Source: Pseudomonadota bacterium
GTDB taxonomy: Bacteria; Desulfobacterota; Desulfobacteria; Desulfobacterales; RPRI01
Assembly (NCBI GenBank): GCA_043825875.1
Contig: JBDRRF010000088.1
Span: 1-25,261, forward strand
Direction of reading: 5' to 3'
Length of the DNA stretch: 25,261 nucleotides
In this document: piece after piece, positions 8,590 to 18,393 of the stretch
Layout of the letters: each line of letters opens with the position of its first letter
Position numbering within the stretch: the stretch's first letter is position 1
Made by a program: the position numbers and the translations under genes
The notes under the pieces: model-generated
What the model saw: the letters and a program-made list of their open reading frames with translations, nothing else
The model's database searches: none
What the model was told of the DNA's origin: nothing

Positions 8590-8880
8590 ATGGACATTTT
8601 AGCATTTATACCACTTATCATTTACATTTTAATATGTATCGGGCTGGGAGCAATACCGGGTATTATTGCAAAGCGAAAACACCGAAATAGAGCTATGTGG
8701 TGGGTTGCAGGAGCATTTGGATTTCCTATTGCCCTTATATGTATCCTATGTTTTCGGGACCTCGATCAAATCCCGGAAGATAAAAAGGTATCATCTAAAC
8801 TGAAAGAAAAAATAATTTTAGTAGCCATTTTAGTGCTTTGGGTAGTAATGATCTTATCGAGAATTAAAGCTGTAAATTAA
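8590..8880 (+). CDS. small membrane protein
   Basis: 96 aa, three hydrophobic segments, RBS AGGAG. Confidence 0.7.
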   Translation: MDILAFIPLIIYILICIGLGAIPGIIAKRKHRNRAMWWVAGAFGFPIALICILCFRDLDQIPEDKKVSSKLKEKIILVAILVLWVVMILSRIKAVN

Positions 8881-8981
8881 AAACTGTCAATTGAACAATG
8901 AACACGACCAAACTATAAAATGGCAGCCTGATTATTGGCCTAATCCTTCAATCAGAAAACATAAAACATGGAGGTAATACT

Positions 8982-9368
8982 TTGCTAATCAGGAAATCTG
9001 CATTAAAATTAATTATTGTTCTATTACTATCAGCAATTTCTGGGTTTGCTCAGGATAAAACAGTTGAAACGGCTGAAAAGCTGATGATCTATCAACTGGA
9101 AGCATTAAAAAGCGAAGACTATCAGAAATTCATTGCGCATGGAAATAAGGCATTTAAAGAATTTACGTACAAATATTCATTTGATTCTTTGATAATGCAA
9201 AGGAAGGCGAAAATAGCAAAAGGCTATCGATTGGAATATCTTGGTGATATAAGAAGTATCGGCATGAGAAAGCATTTGTGGAAAGTCCATATCACTGGTG
9301 ATAAATATCAACTATTAGGAAGCCTGAGCCTTTCGCATGGAAAAGTAGTTGGCTTTAATTTAGAATAG
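8982..9368 (+). CDS. hypothetical secreted protein
   Basis: TTG start behind GGAGG. Signal peptide-like N-terminus ending GFA-QD. Confidence 0.7.
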   Translation: MLIRKSALKLIIVLLLSAISGFAQDKTVETAEKLMIYQLEALKSEDYQKFIAHGNKAFKEFTYKYSFDSLIMQRKAKIAKGYRLEYLGDIRSIGMRKHLWKVHITGDKYQLLGSLSLSHGKVVGFNLE

Positions 9369-9492
9369 TCTTTCGGCATCTATTCTTTGTTCATTCTTCA
9401 TGGTTTCCAGGAAGTAAAAACTATTGAAAAACCAGGACCAGTTAAACTGTTAGGCCAATATTACATTGAATATCGATGGTAACAGATTTTAT

Positions 9493-10524
9493 TTATTGAT
9501 GCGCCCTGATAGCTGAATATATTTCAAACAAAGCAAAGAAAAGACTCATGATTAAAGGCCCAAGGAGAAATCCTATTGGTCCGAAAAAAACAATACCTCC
9601 GAGAACAGACAGAAGAATAATCATCGGATGCACCTGCATTCTTTGCCCTACAAGCTTCGGGCCTAAAAAATTATCGATCAGGCCAACAGCTCCTGCTCCC
9701 CAGACAAGAAGGCCGAATCCTGGTAAAATTTTGCCGGTCAAGAAAAGAAACAAGATAGCAGGAATTAAAACAAGCGAGGTTCCTACACCGGGGATAAGAG
9801 CAGACACTGTAGTAAGACTTCCCCAAAACATGGCATTAGGAACTCCAAAAAATGTAAAGCCCGTAGCTGCAAGAGCACCCTGAATAATAGCTATAACAAG
9901 ATTTCCCTTAATAACGGAATTTATAGCACCTCCCAGTTTATTTGAAATTAATTCATTTTCATCAAACGGTAAGGGACTTAAATCAAAAAAAGATTTTTTA
10001 AGCTTTTGGCCATCTTTAAAAAGGTAGTAAAGTGAAGTGAAGAATATAAAAGAATTTATCATTAATTTTGCAGCATTCGAGAAAATACCACCTATTTGCT
10101 TAAGCAGTAACCCAAGACCTTCTCTTAGATACATATCAATATCAATCTTAAAATCTTTTACGGCAGGCAGGAATCTGCCTATGTTTTCAATCAGCTTATT
10201 CATTATATCGTGAACACTTTTCTTTGCACCACCTTCTGCAAGAGAAAAATATAGTTGCTGAGCTTCATTAAGTATCTGAATTCCAAATAATATAATTGGC
10301 ACAAGTAAAATGCTTATAACAAGTACCGTGGTAATAAGCGCTGAAAGCCCGCTTCGTTGTTTTGTAAGACGAAGAAAATATTTATAAACAGGCTGAAAAA
10401 CAACGGCAAAAACCACTGAAAAAATAAGAGTGTAGATAAAAGGGCGAAAAATAAAAAAAACAAGAGTTAAAGATCCTGCAAGCAGGGCGGCAAGAAAATA
10501 AAAATGAGGTTTCCAATTATCCAT
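9493..10524 (-). CDS. AI-2E family transporter (UPF0118/PerM-like)
   Basis: 343 aa, multi-TM, motifs YYLFKDG, IAIIQG, LIPGVGT, IDNFLGPKLVG, GPIGFLLGP. Confidence 0.9.
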   Translation of the reverse strand: MDNWKPHFYFLAALLAGSLTLVFFIFRPFIYTLIFSVVFAVVFQPVYKYFLRLTKQRSGLSALITTVLVISILLVPIILFGIQILNEAQQLYFSLAEGGAKKSVHDIMNKLIENIGRFLPAVKDFKIDIDMYLREGLGLLLKQIGGIFSNAAKLMINSFIFFTSLYYLFKDGQKLKKSFFDLSPLPFDENELISNKLGGAINSVIKGNLVIAIIQGALAATGFTFFGVPNAMFWGSLTTVSALIPGVGTSLVLIPAILFLFLTGKILPGFGLLVWGAGAVGLIDNFLGPKLVGQRMQVHPMIILLSVLGGIVFFGPIGFLLGPLIMSLFFALFEIYSAIRAHQ

Positions 10525-10920
10525 AATTAAGGTTTCCTGAATAATTCACAGTTTGCTATCGTTTTGTAAAAGCGGTTGATTCTTTGAATCCGCACAATAT
10601 TTTCCATTTAATTTTCTTCGATAAGATAGCATTGTTTTGAAATTGGCTCAATATATTAAATGCGTTTTAGAAAACTTTAAGTATCTTTAGCAGCACTATT
10701 TGAAAGTGGCTCTTTCTTTAAACATATTATTCTTGTTGACATTAAACAAGGGCAGGCGTAGAAATGCTTGCTCTAAAATTATTGAGAGTTAATTATCTAA
10801 TAATATTTCTAATATTTTATAGGATTTATAATAAAGAATTGCAAAAGCCTGTGTTTATCGATTTATTAAATTTATTTCGATTTCATGCAGGCTTTTATGC
10901 ATTAATAACAGGATAATAAT

Positions 10921-12444
10921 ATGGCAGCAAATCTTACTAATACACAGAATCAATCTGCTCTTTTGCCTTTTATATATGATTTCAGGCAGCATTTGATTGC
11001 ATTCTATAAGCCTTTGTCTTCAAAGAATAAACAAATTGATATTTTAATCAAAATCTTGATTTGCTTTGGTGTTGCTTCAATTATAGTACTCGATATATTG
11101 TTTTTAGAACGTATTTCAATGGTTAGACAAGAGTTGAGACAAAATCCCTATGGAAGAGCTTTTATGTCATTTGTACTGGTCTTTTTTTGGGTTAATATAA
11201 TTGAGTTTTTATGGAGGCTTTATCTTGTTTTTAAATATAAGCCTGTTTCCTCGATGCCGGATGAAGAATTGCTTTCATGCAGTGTTATTGTGCCTGCTTT
11301 CAACGAAGGTAAGCAGGTATATCTTACACTGAAAAGTCTTGCAGAAAGCAACTATCCATTGCAAAAACTTCAAATAATTGCTGTTGATGATGGGAGCGCT
11401 GATGATACGTGGGAATGGATATCTAAAGCAAAGAAAGAATTGGGAAAAAGAATTATAGCAATAAAGTTGCCTAAAAATAAAGGAAAAAGGCATGCTCTTT
11501 ATTCCGGATTTCAGCAAAGTAAAGGTGATATACTCGTAACTGTTGACAGCGATTCTGAAGTTACACCTGATACTCTTAGAAATCTTATAAGTCCGTTTGT
11601 TAAAGATGAAACAACAGGTGCTGTTGCCGGTAATATACGGGTTCTTAACCGTAATGAAGGCATAATTCCAAAGATGCTTGATGTGATATTTGTTTTCAGT
11701 TTTGATTTCATCCGGGCCAGTCAAAGCATGGTCAATACTGTGTTGTGTACTCCGGGCGCACTTTCGGCTTACCGCAGAAATGTAGTAATCCCGATCCTTT
11801 CCGAATGGCTTAATCAAAGATTTTTCGGGAAGCCTTCTACTATAGGTGAGGATAGGGCCATGACAAACCTTATCATCAGGGAAGGGTATAATGTTTATTT
11901 CCAGCGAAACGCGGTAGCATTTACCAATGCTCCCGTAAAATATATAAATCTTTGTAAGATGCTTTTGCGCTGGGCACGCAGCCACATCCGTGAAAGCATA
12001 GTTATGTCACGTTTTATATTTACAAAGTTCAGGAAACATTCAGCACTTGGAGTGCGTATAAATTTCATTTTAAATAGCATGGGAATAATTTTATCCCCGT
12101 TTTTTCTTTTTACAACAATTGCATGTTTTTGTTGGCGTACAATGGAGTTTGGAATAATCATATTGGCAGGAATAATATTTACATCAAGTGTGGCAAGTAT
12201 TTTATACACAAAGCGTTGCAGGAACTCGGACGGACTATTTGCCTATTTATACGGGATTTTTGCGATAGTAAGCCTTTCGTGGATATCTGTTTATTCCCTT
12301 GCTACGCTCCATCACGCCGGTTGGTTGACCCGTGGCAGCAGTGCTGAAAGCAGAAAATCAGCAGTAAAAAGCCAAAGAGTATACTTTGATTTTAATGAAG
12401 TAAATACCGGAAAAGAAATTCCCTCAAGGTTGATAATATCATAA
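10921..12444 (+). CDS. processive family 2 glycosyltransferase (hyaluronan synthase/NodC/chitin synthase-like)
   Basis: VPAFNE, VDDGS, VDSDS, CTPGALSAYR, GEDR and LLRW motifs, flanked by N- and C-terminal TM helices. Confidence 0.9.
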   Translation: MAANLTNTQNQSALLPFIYDFRQHLIAFYKPLSSKNKQIDILIKILICFGVASIIVLDILFLERISMVRQELRQNPYGRAFMSFVLVFFWVNIIEFLWRLYLVFKYKPVSSMPDEELLSCSVIVPAFNEGKQVYLTLKSLAESNYPLQKLQIIAVDDGSADDTWEWISKAKKELGKRIIAIKLPKNKGKRHALYSGFQQSKGDILVTVDSDSEVTPDTLRNLISPFVKDETTGAVAGNIRVLNRNEGIIPKMLDVIFVFSFDFIRASQSMVNTVLCTPGALSAYRRNVVIPILSEWLNQRFFGKPSTIGEDRAMTNLIIREGYNVYFQRNAVAFTNAPVKYINLCKMLLRWARSHIRESIVMSRFIFTKFRKHSALGVRINFILNSMGIILSPFFLFTTIACFCWRTMEFGIIILAGIIFTSSVASILYTKRCRNSDGLFAYLYGIFAIVSLSWISVYSLATLHHAGWLTRGSSAESRKSAVKSQRVYFDFNEVNTGKEIPSRLIIS

Positions 12445-12603
12445 TAAGTTGCAGTCCTGACGGCTTTATATCCTATGAAGCCGGCAGTAAATAACTTACA
12501 ATTCAAGATGATTTGTACTTTCTATTCCTGCATCTAACCAATGTTTTAAGGCTTTTAAAAACCCGTTAATAAATTTGACAAAGTCGTGAAAAATCCCCGA
12601 ACC

Positions 12604-12630
12604 GTCATACCGGCGAAAGCCGGTATCCAG
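12604..12630. repeat. REP-like palindrome
   Basis: GTC-ATACCGGC-GAAA-GCCGGTAT-CCAG: perfect 8-bp stem with GAAA loop. Confidence 0.6.
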
Positions 12631-12783
12631 AGCATATTAACCCTGTAGGCAGTAACGTTAAATAAAATTCAAAGCTTTTGGTGACAAATGATAAATTTCA
12701 ATGTATGGAATAAATTTCATAAATGAAAAAATGTTCTAATTGATATAACATCACAAAACAATCAACAATAAGTAGTTTTTGTT

Positions 12784-13305
12784 ATGTTTCTTTCTTCAGA
12801 TAAATATGTGGTCTTTGATGTTGAAACAACCGGCTTTAATCCACAGCATGGCGCAAGGGTTATTGAAATCGGTGCTGTTTATATTGAAAATGGCCATATA
12901 ATTTCAGAGTTCAAAAGCCTTATCAATTGCGGCAAAACTGTTCCAAAACAAACTCAAAAAGTACACGGCATAACAGATGAAATGCTGTTGGGGGAGCCAA
13001 CTCCCGAAGAAGTTTTTCCCGATTTTATTAAATTCATTTCAAAAAGTACGCTTATAGCCCATAACGCCGTATTTGATATAAGTTTTCTTCGGCATGAACT
13101 TTCCCGTCTCGGATTCGGCTTGAACAATGACTACCTATGCACTTTAAATATGAGCAGAAAACTCTACCCCGAACTGGAAAATCACAAACTTCTTACAGTT
13201 GCAAAACATGTTTTGGTCAATTTGCCGGAGAATCTTCACTTGCATCGCGCGCTGGATGATGCGAGGCTTACAGCAATGATTTGGATGGAGATGGTGAAAA
13301 GATGA
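12784..13305 (+). CDS. DEDDh (DnaQ-like) 3'-5' exonuclease
   Basis: ExoI FDVETTG, ExoII HNAVFD, ExoIII HRALDDA. Confidence 0.92.
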   Translation: MFLSSDKYVVFDVETTGFNPQHGARVIEIGAVYIENGHIISEFKSLINCGKTVPKQTQKVHGITDEMLLGEPTPEEVFPDFIKFISKSTLIAHNAVFDISFLRHELSRLGFGLNNDYLCTLNMSRKLYPELENHKLLTVAKHVLVNLPENLHLHRALDDARLTAMIWMEMVKR

Positions 13306-13418
13306 GTGAAGCATATAAAAGCTATTACAGGTATTGGGGAAAAACGCGGGATGATGGAAGTTATCATTTGTTGCCGTATCATTGTCTGGATGTGGCGGCG
13401 ATAGGATGGAGCGTATGA
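13302..13418 (+). pseudogene. 38-aa relic of a Cas3 HD-domain N-terminus
   Basis: Hand translation [42 protein letters not shown]...[11 protein letters not shown] is the E. coli-type Cas3 N-terminal motif. ATGA overlaps at both ends. Confidence 0.85.
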
Positions 13419-16084
13419 TTGCAGACTATTTATGGGCAAAATATGGTTCGGATGATGGTCTGTGGCATCCAATAATTCTTCATATGTTGGATGTGGCCGC
13501 AGTCGCTGGCTTTGTTTGGGAACATAATCTGGATGATGGACTTCGGAAGCGGCTGGAAAGTAGTTTCCCATCGAATGATATCAAGTCCCTGATCATGTTC
13601 TTGGCCGGTGCGCACGATATCGGCAAGGCCAGTCCTGGATTTCAAAAGAGAGTTTGGCGAATAGCTGAATGTTCAGGATTTCTTTACTCTGAGAATGATC
13701 GCAACTGCCCGCATGGACAGGTGACCGCCGTTGTCTTAAGAGAATTTCTGCCCCCTACTTTCAGCCTTTTAGGCCAGATTTCCGGCGGGCACCACGGTGT
13801 ATTCCCTCGCTCATCACAACTCCAACTCGGCAAAGACTCACTGGGTAACAAGCAATGGCAAGAAGCTCGAACTGAAACATTGATCAAATTCGCGGGGATC
13901 GTTGGTTTTGATTTCAGGCAACAGCCTACACCTGAGATAAGTGATCCGCTGGTTGTTTCCGCGTTAGCCGGTTTTATTTCGGTTGTGGACTGGATTGGCT
14001 CGAATCAGGATTTCTTCCCGTGCTTTGCGGTGTGCGGCAAGGTTATTGAGATTGATCCGGCCAATTATTGGAAAGAAGCGCAAAATAAAGCGCGGCGGGC
14101 GCTGGGCAAACTTGGGTGGTTTCCCGGCGTAACTTTCGATAGAGAAACTTCCTTCGATCAGGTCTTCGCTACTCTTACCGCCAACTCCCTGCAATCCGCC
14201 ACGATCGACCTCTCTTCGGGACAAAATAATCCCTACCTTATGATTGTCGAAGCCCCCATGGGGGAGGGTAAGACGGAGGCGGCTCTATACGCGGCGGATC
14301 TTGCGATGTGCAGGGGCTTTGCCCGCGGCATGTATATCGCCATGCCCACACAGGCGACAGGCAATGCGATGTTCAAACGGGTGCTGGATAGCTACCTGCG
14401 CAAGCGCGGCCATAAAGGAAAGTTGAACCTCCAACTCGTGCATGGCGATGCGCTTCTGGCGCAAATGGCGGATGTTCAAGAGGGAGAAGTCCCGGTTTTC
14501 AAACCTGAGAACATTGGCGAGGATGGAGCTGACGTGGAAGCCCAATCGTGGTTCACCGCAAAAAAGCGACCGCTTCTTGCGCCTTTCGGCGTCGGAACGA
14601 TTGACCAGAGCTTGCTGAGTGTCTTGCAAACAAAACATTGGTTCGTGCGATTGTTCGGTTTGGCGGGCAAGGTGATCATTTTCGATGAGGTCCACGCTTA
14701 TGACGCTTACATGAGCACAATCCTCGAAAGGCTGCTGCACTGGCTCGCGGAACTGGATTGCACGGTGATTCTTCTCTCGGCAACCCTGCCTGAGGCCAAG
14801 CGCAAAGCGCTTGCCAAGGCTTATTCAGGCAGGGAGGATGTCGAATACAGGCGATATCCGAGAATTACGCTTGCCAAGCCGCGTCATTATCCCCAAACTC
14901 AGGCAGACAAGCTGTCTGTCTGTACTGAGATCCCCATGGAGAAATCGCGCACCATTGATCTGCAATTCTGCAACACCGATTTGGCGGAAATGACTTCAAC
15001 CTTGGCGGAACGACTGAAGCAAGGTGGATGCGCCGCCGTGATCTGCAACACGGTCAATCGCTCCATCGAGGTTTACAGGCATCTTCGAGACACTCTCGAA
15101 AACACCGAGTGCATGCTTTTTCATGCCCGGACGCTCCAGATGTGGCGGCGTGAGCGCGAAGAAGAAGTCCTCCGCAAGTTCGGTAAACGCGACCTCCAAG
15201 AGAAAGATGCAGAAGGTCGCTTCATTAATCCCGATCGTCCACATCGCGGAGTGTTGGTTGCGACGCAGATCGTAGAACAAAGTCTTGATCTCGATTTCGA
15301 TTTCATGGTCTCCGAGATAGCTCCTGTTGACCTGTTGCTCCAACGTTCGGGACGCTTGCACCGCCACCCGCGCAAACGACCGCCCGGCTTGGAAACACCC
15401 CGGTTGATCGTTCTCTGCGGCGCTGACCGGGTAGGCCCGCCACCGGAATCTTTTGGAAAGAGCATTGAGTATGTCTACGATCGTTATATTCTTCTGCGGA
15501 CCTGGCTGGCTCTGCGCGGGCGAAACGAAATCAATGCACCTGACGAAATCGAGTCGCTTGTGGAAGCCGTTTATGGCGAGTCATCCGAGGAAGCTGATGA
15601 GTCCTGGCGGCTTGCCCTGGAGCAGGCAGATGAAACAATGGCGGGAGAGTATCTAGCGTCTAAAACCATTGCGCGGCAACTGCTCGTCGCAGAGCCGCAG
15701 GACCCCGCTGATCTTGTCGAAGAATTCAATAGCCAATTGCTTGATGACGAGAATCCCGAGGCCCACAAGACGGTGAAGGCGGCAACGCGCGAGGGCGCTC
15801 CTTCCATTACTGTCGTTATTTTGCCGGCGGATACGCGGCTGACTCATGAACCAACGATTTCCGAGGTTCGCCGCTTGCTGGATAGTTCTGTCAAACTGAG
15901 CCATAAAGCGCTGTTCCAGGCGTTTCTTCAGAATGGCGAAGCGCCTGAGCAGTGGAAGGAGAATGCCCATCTGCGCCACGCACGCCTTATGCGACTGGTT
16001 GAGCGGAACTCGGGGCGTGTGGGTAACTATAGATTGACTTTGGATAAACAATTGGGTCTCGTGATTGAGACTAAGGAGGGCTAA
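13415..16084 (+). CDS. cas3: Cas3 HD nuclease-helicase
   Basis: [51 protein letters not shown]. Start moved to ATG 13415 (GGAG upstream, ATGA overlap). Confidence 0.97.
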   Translation: MIADYLWAKYGSDDGLWHPIILHMLDVAAVAGFVWEHNLDDGLRKRLESSFPSNDIKSLIMFLAGAHDIGKASPGFQKRVWRIAECSGFLYSENDRNCPHGQVTAVVLREFLPPTFSLLGQISGGHHGVFPRSSQLQLGKDSLGNKQWQEARTETLIKFAGIVGFDFRQQPTPEISDPLVVSALAGFISVVDWIGSNQDFFPCFAVCGKVIEIDPANYWKEAQNKARRALGKLGWFPGVTFDRETSFDQVFATLTANSLQSATIDLSSGQNNPYLMIVEAPMGEGKTEAALYAADLAMCRGFARGMYIAMPTQATGNAMFKRVLDSYLRKRGHKGKLNLQLVHGDALLAQMADVQEGEVPVFKPENIGEDGADVEAQSWFTAKKRPLLAPFGVGTIDQSLLSVLQTKHWFVRLFGLAGKVIIFDEVHAYDAYMSTILERLLHWLAELDCTVILLSATLPEAKRKALAKAYSGREDVEYRRYPRITLAKPRHYPQTQADKLSVCTEIPMEKSRTIDLQFCNTDLAEMTSTLAERLKQGGCAAVICNTVNRSIEVYRHLRDTLENTECMLFHARTLQMWRREREEEVLRKFGKRDLQEKDAEGRFINPDRPHRGVLVATQIVEQSLDLDFDFMVSEIAPVDLLLQRSGRLHRHPRKRPPGLETPRLIVLCGADRVGPPPESFGKSIEYVYDRYILLRTWLALRGRNEINAPDEIESLVEAVYGESSEEADESWRLALEQADETMAGEYLASKTIARQLLVAEPQDPADLVEEFNSQLLDDENPEAHKTVKAATREGAPSITVVILPADTRLTHEPTISEVRRLLDSSVKLSHKALFQAFLQNGEAPEQWKENAHLRHARLMRLVERNSGRVGNYRLTLDKQLGLVIETKEG

Positions 16085-16087
16085 AAC

Positions 16088-17830
16088 GTGGCTGAATTTA
16101 ACCTAATTGATGAAGAGTGGATTGCCTGCATCACTCTTGATGGGAGCAGCAAGGAGTTCGGAATTCGCAATACACTGTTGAAGGCACACGAGCTCCGAGA
16201 AATCTGCGATGACTCGCCGCTTGTGACGGTGGCCATCCATCGGCTGCTTCTGGCGATTTTGTATCGGGCATTTCAAGGGCCGGCGGGTATGGGGCAATGG
16301 AAGGCGTTATACGCCAGCGGGGCATTCAATGGGTGCAAATCAATCACTGAATATCTGGCCAAAGACAAGTGGTATGATCGTTTTTTTCTTTTTGATGATG
16401 ACCACCCATTCATGCAGGTCGCCAAGCTTGATCTCAACGAATATAAAGATGATGGTAAAATAAAAAAGTATAAGTCGGACGGCCTGATGCGTCTCGCTCG
16501 CGAAGCCCCAGACAAAGGTGGCCGTATTCTATTTGACCACAGAGTCGGCACCGAACGGCCAGAGTACGAGGCGAAGCATATTGCAAGGATGATCCTTTCG
16601 GCGCATTCGTACGCGGGCACAGGTGTCGCTTCCGGAGGAATCATTGATGGTCAAAAGATTAACCCGACTCCCTGCCAGTTTGCTCCTTGTGTCGATGGGC
16701 TGTGCCTGTGGCTACAAGGGGAGAACTTATTCCAAACATTGATGTTTAATCTTGTTTCCACACCCATCGATACAAATGATCTACCACCATGGGAGGATTC
16801 CAATATCGTCGAATCCGCAAAGAACTCATGGAAAAAACCGATCTCCTTCGCTGGTCCCATACAGCGGTTTGCGCCGCTTAGCAGGTTCATTCGTGTCTTG
16901 GACAGGCATTCGATGTTCTTCACGAACGGGCTGAAGACAACTGTTGATGCCGAGGACCCAATGAAGGCCTATTTGCAAAGGAGCGATAAAGATCAGTATA
17001 CCCCGATTGAACTTCGCAAAGATAAAGCCGCTTGGCGAGATGCGCACTCACTGTTTTCGCTTGCCTCTACAACACGGAAGCCTCCCGCCAGTCTGAACCA
17101 CGTTGCAAGATTGCTCCAGGATGGCACGCTCCCTAAGTCGGCCAAGCCACGGGCAAATGTTGTGGGCCTCGCAACAGCCCAAGGCAAGTCTCTACTTTGG
17201 TGCCACGAACGTATTCCAGTGCCGATTGGTATTCTCGGCTCTGTGGATCTGACTGAGCGGCTCGCCGTGCTGACCGCTGAGGCGGAAGCCGTTGGGAGTA
17301 AACTATCATGGGGTCTTTTTTGGAGTGCCACAACGAAAAAAACGATTCGCACAGAGCCCGTTGGACGAATACAGATGATCGCCGATTTTGCATTGACTCC
17401 TTCGCTCGAACTCAGAGGCATCGGGATTATACGAACCGCTGATGGACGATTCCCTGATGATGCCCACAATGCGTCTTGCCTCAGTCTTTCCGACAACCTT
17501 GATCCCCGTCCAGCCTACTGGGCGCGGATGGAGAAGCATTTTTTTGATCTGCTGGAAAATCTGCCGAGCGATTGGGACGGGACTGCGGGCGATTGGAAAC
17601 CCGACGATCAACAGATTGCGACGCGGTCATGGAGAGACGCGATAAAACAGGAAGCGAAGCGAGCGCTGGAAGAGAGCATCCGCTCCCTCGGCACGACCGC
17701 TCGTGCGATCAGTGCCGTTGCCCGCGTCCCAATAGATTTCATCGACAATGATCTGAAGCCGCAGCCGCCGAAGACCAAAACTGTCAAACAGAAATCAAAA
17801 TCGACCAGAAAAGGAGGTAAAAAGAAATGA
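16088..17830 (+). CDS. cas8e: type I-E large subunit Cas8e (Cse1/CasA)
   Basis: FNLIDEEWI, HRLLLAILYRA, FFLFDDDHPFMQ, GENLFQTLMFNL motifs. Directly after cas3, RBS AAGGAGG. Confidence 0.93.
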   Translation: MAEFNLIDEEWIACITLDGSSKEFGIRNTLLKAHELREICDDSPLVTVAIHRLLLAILYRAFQGPAGMGQWKALYASGAFNGCKSITEYLAKDKWYDRFFLFDDDHPFMQVAKLDLNEYKDDGKIKKYKSDGLMRLAREAPDKGGRILFDHRVGTERPEYEAKHIARMILSAHSYAGTGVASGGIIDGQKINPTPCQFAPCVDGLCLWLQGENLFQTLMFNLVSTPIDTNDLPPWEDSNIVESAKNSWKKPISFAGPIQRFAPLSRFIRVLDRHSMFFTNGLKTTVDAEDPMKAYLQRSDKDQYTPIELRKDKAAWRDAHSLFSLASTTRKPPASLNHVARLLQDGTLPKSAKPRANVVGLATAQGKSLLWCHERIPVPIGILGSVDLTERLAVLTAEAEAVGSKLSWGLFWSATTKKTIRTEPVGRIQMIADFALTPSLELRGIGIIRTADGRFPDDAHNASCLSLSDNLDPRPAYWARMEKHFFDLLENLPSDWDGTAGDWKPDDQQIATRSWRDAIKQEAKRALEESIRSLGTTARAISAVARVPIDFIDNDLKPQPPKTKTVKQKSKSTRKGGKKK

Positions 17831-18393
17831 GCCTGGACGACCAACAAAAAACCTTTATTGGCTATCTGCTCAACCTTGCCAAGGAAGGGCAGGAAGACCG
17901 GGGTGCGCTGGCCGACCTGCGTACCGGCCTTGGAAAGGAGCCGGGGCAAATGGCCCGCGTGCACAGGCATGTTGTGCCGTATCTGCCGGAGCAGCGTTAC
18001 AACGACCGCTGGTATTATGTGACGGCGACGCTGTTCGGGGCATTTCCGCAACATCGGAAAGGCCATACGCTGGGCAAGGCGTTCAAGCCACTGGCATTCC
18101 CGCCGGGGGAAAAGAAGAAGGAGAGCATGGAAGCTCGCTTTGTGGCACTGCTCAACGCGCATCCCGACGACTTGGACGACCATCTGCGCCATGCTGTCAG
18201 TTTGCTGAAGGCCAACGAGCAACCACTTGACTGGTTTTGCCTTTTGGACGACCTGCTTCAATGGGACCATCCGGAGGGTCATGTCCAGTTGAAATGGGCG
18301 GGTGATTTTTACAAAATCAATAACCGCAGTGGAGATGATACCTCTCAATCCAGTACAACCTTAGAAGAAAAGGAGATCAAAAGCCATGAATAA
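17827..18393 (+). CDS. cse2: type I-E small subunit Cas11 (Cse2/CasB)
   Basis: DRGALADLRTGLG, EARFVALL, HLRHAVSLLK, LDW..LLDDL..W motifs and gene position. Confidence 0.93.
   Translation: MSLDDQQKTFIGYLLNLAKEGQEDRGALADLRTGLGKEPGQMARVHRHVVPYLPEQRYNDRWYYVTATLFGAFPQHRKGHTLGKAFKPLAFPPGEKKKESMEARFVALLNAHPDDLDDHLRHAVSLLKANEQPLDWFCLLDDLLQWDHPEGHVQLKWAGDFYKINNRSGDDTSQSSTTLEEKEIKSHE

Noticed and set aside
12532..12571. Mini attC (ATCTAAC...GTTAATA)
   Set aside because: Only 40 bp, shorter than known attC sites, and the pairing is low-complexity A/T.
12662..12719. ATAAATTTCA direct repeats upstream of the cas operon as an operator
   Set aside because: Very AT-rich context and irregular spacing make chance likely.
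13382..13414. ORF-track TTG start of cas3 ([11 protein letters not shown])
   Set aside because: It is an out-of-frame reading of the cas3 relic. Homology and RBS point to ATG 13415.
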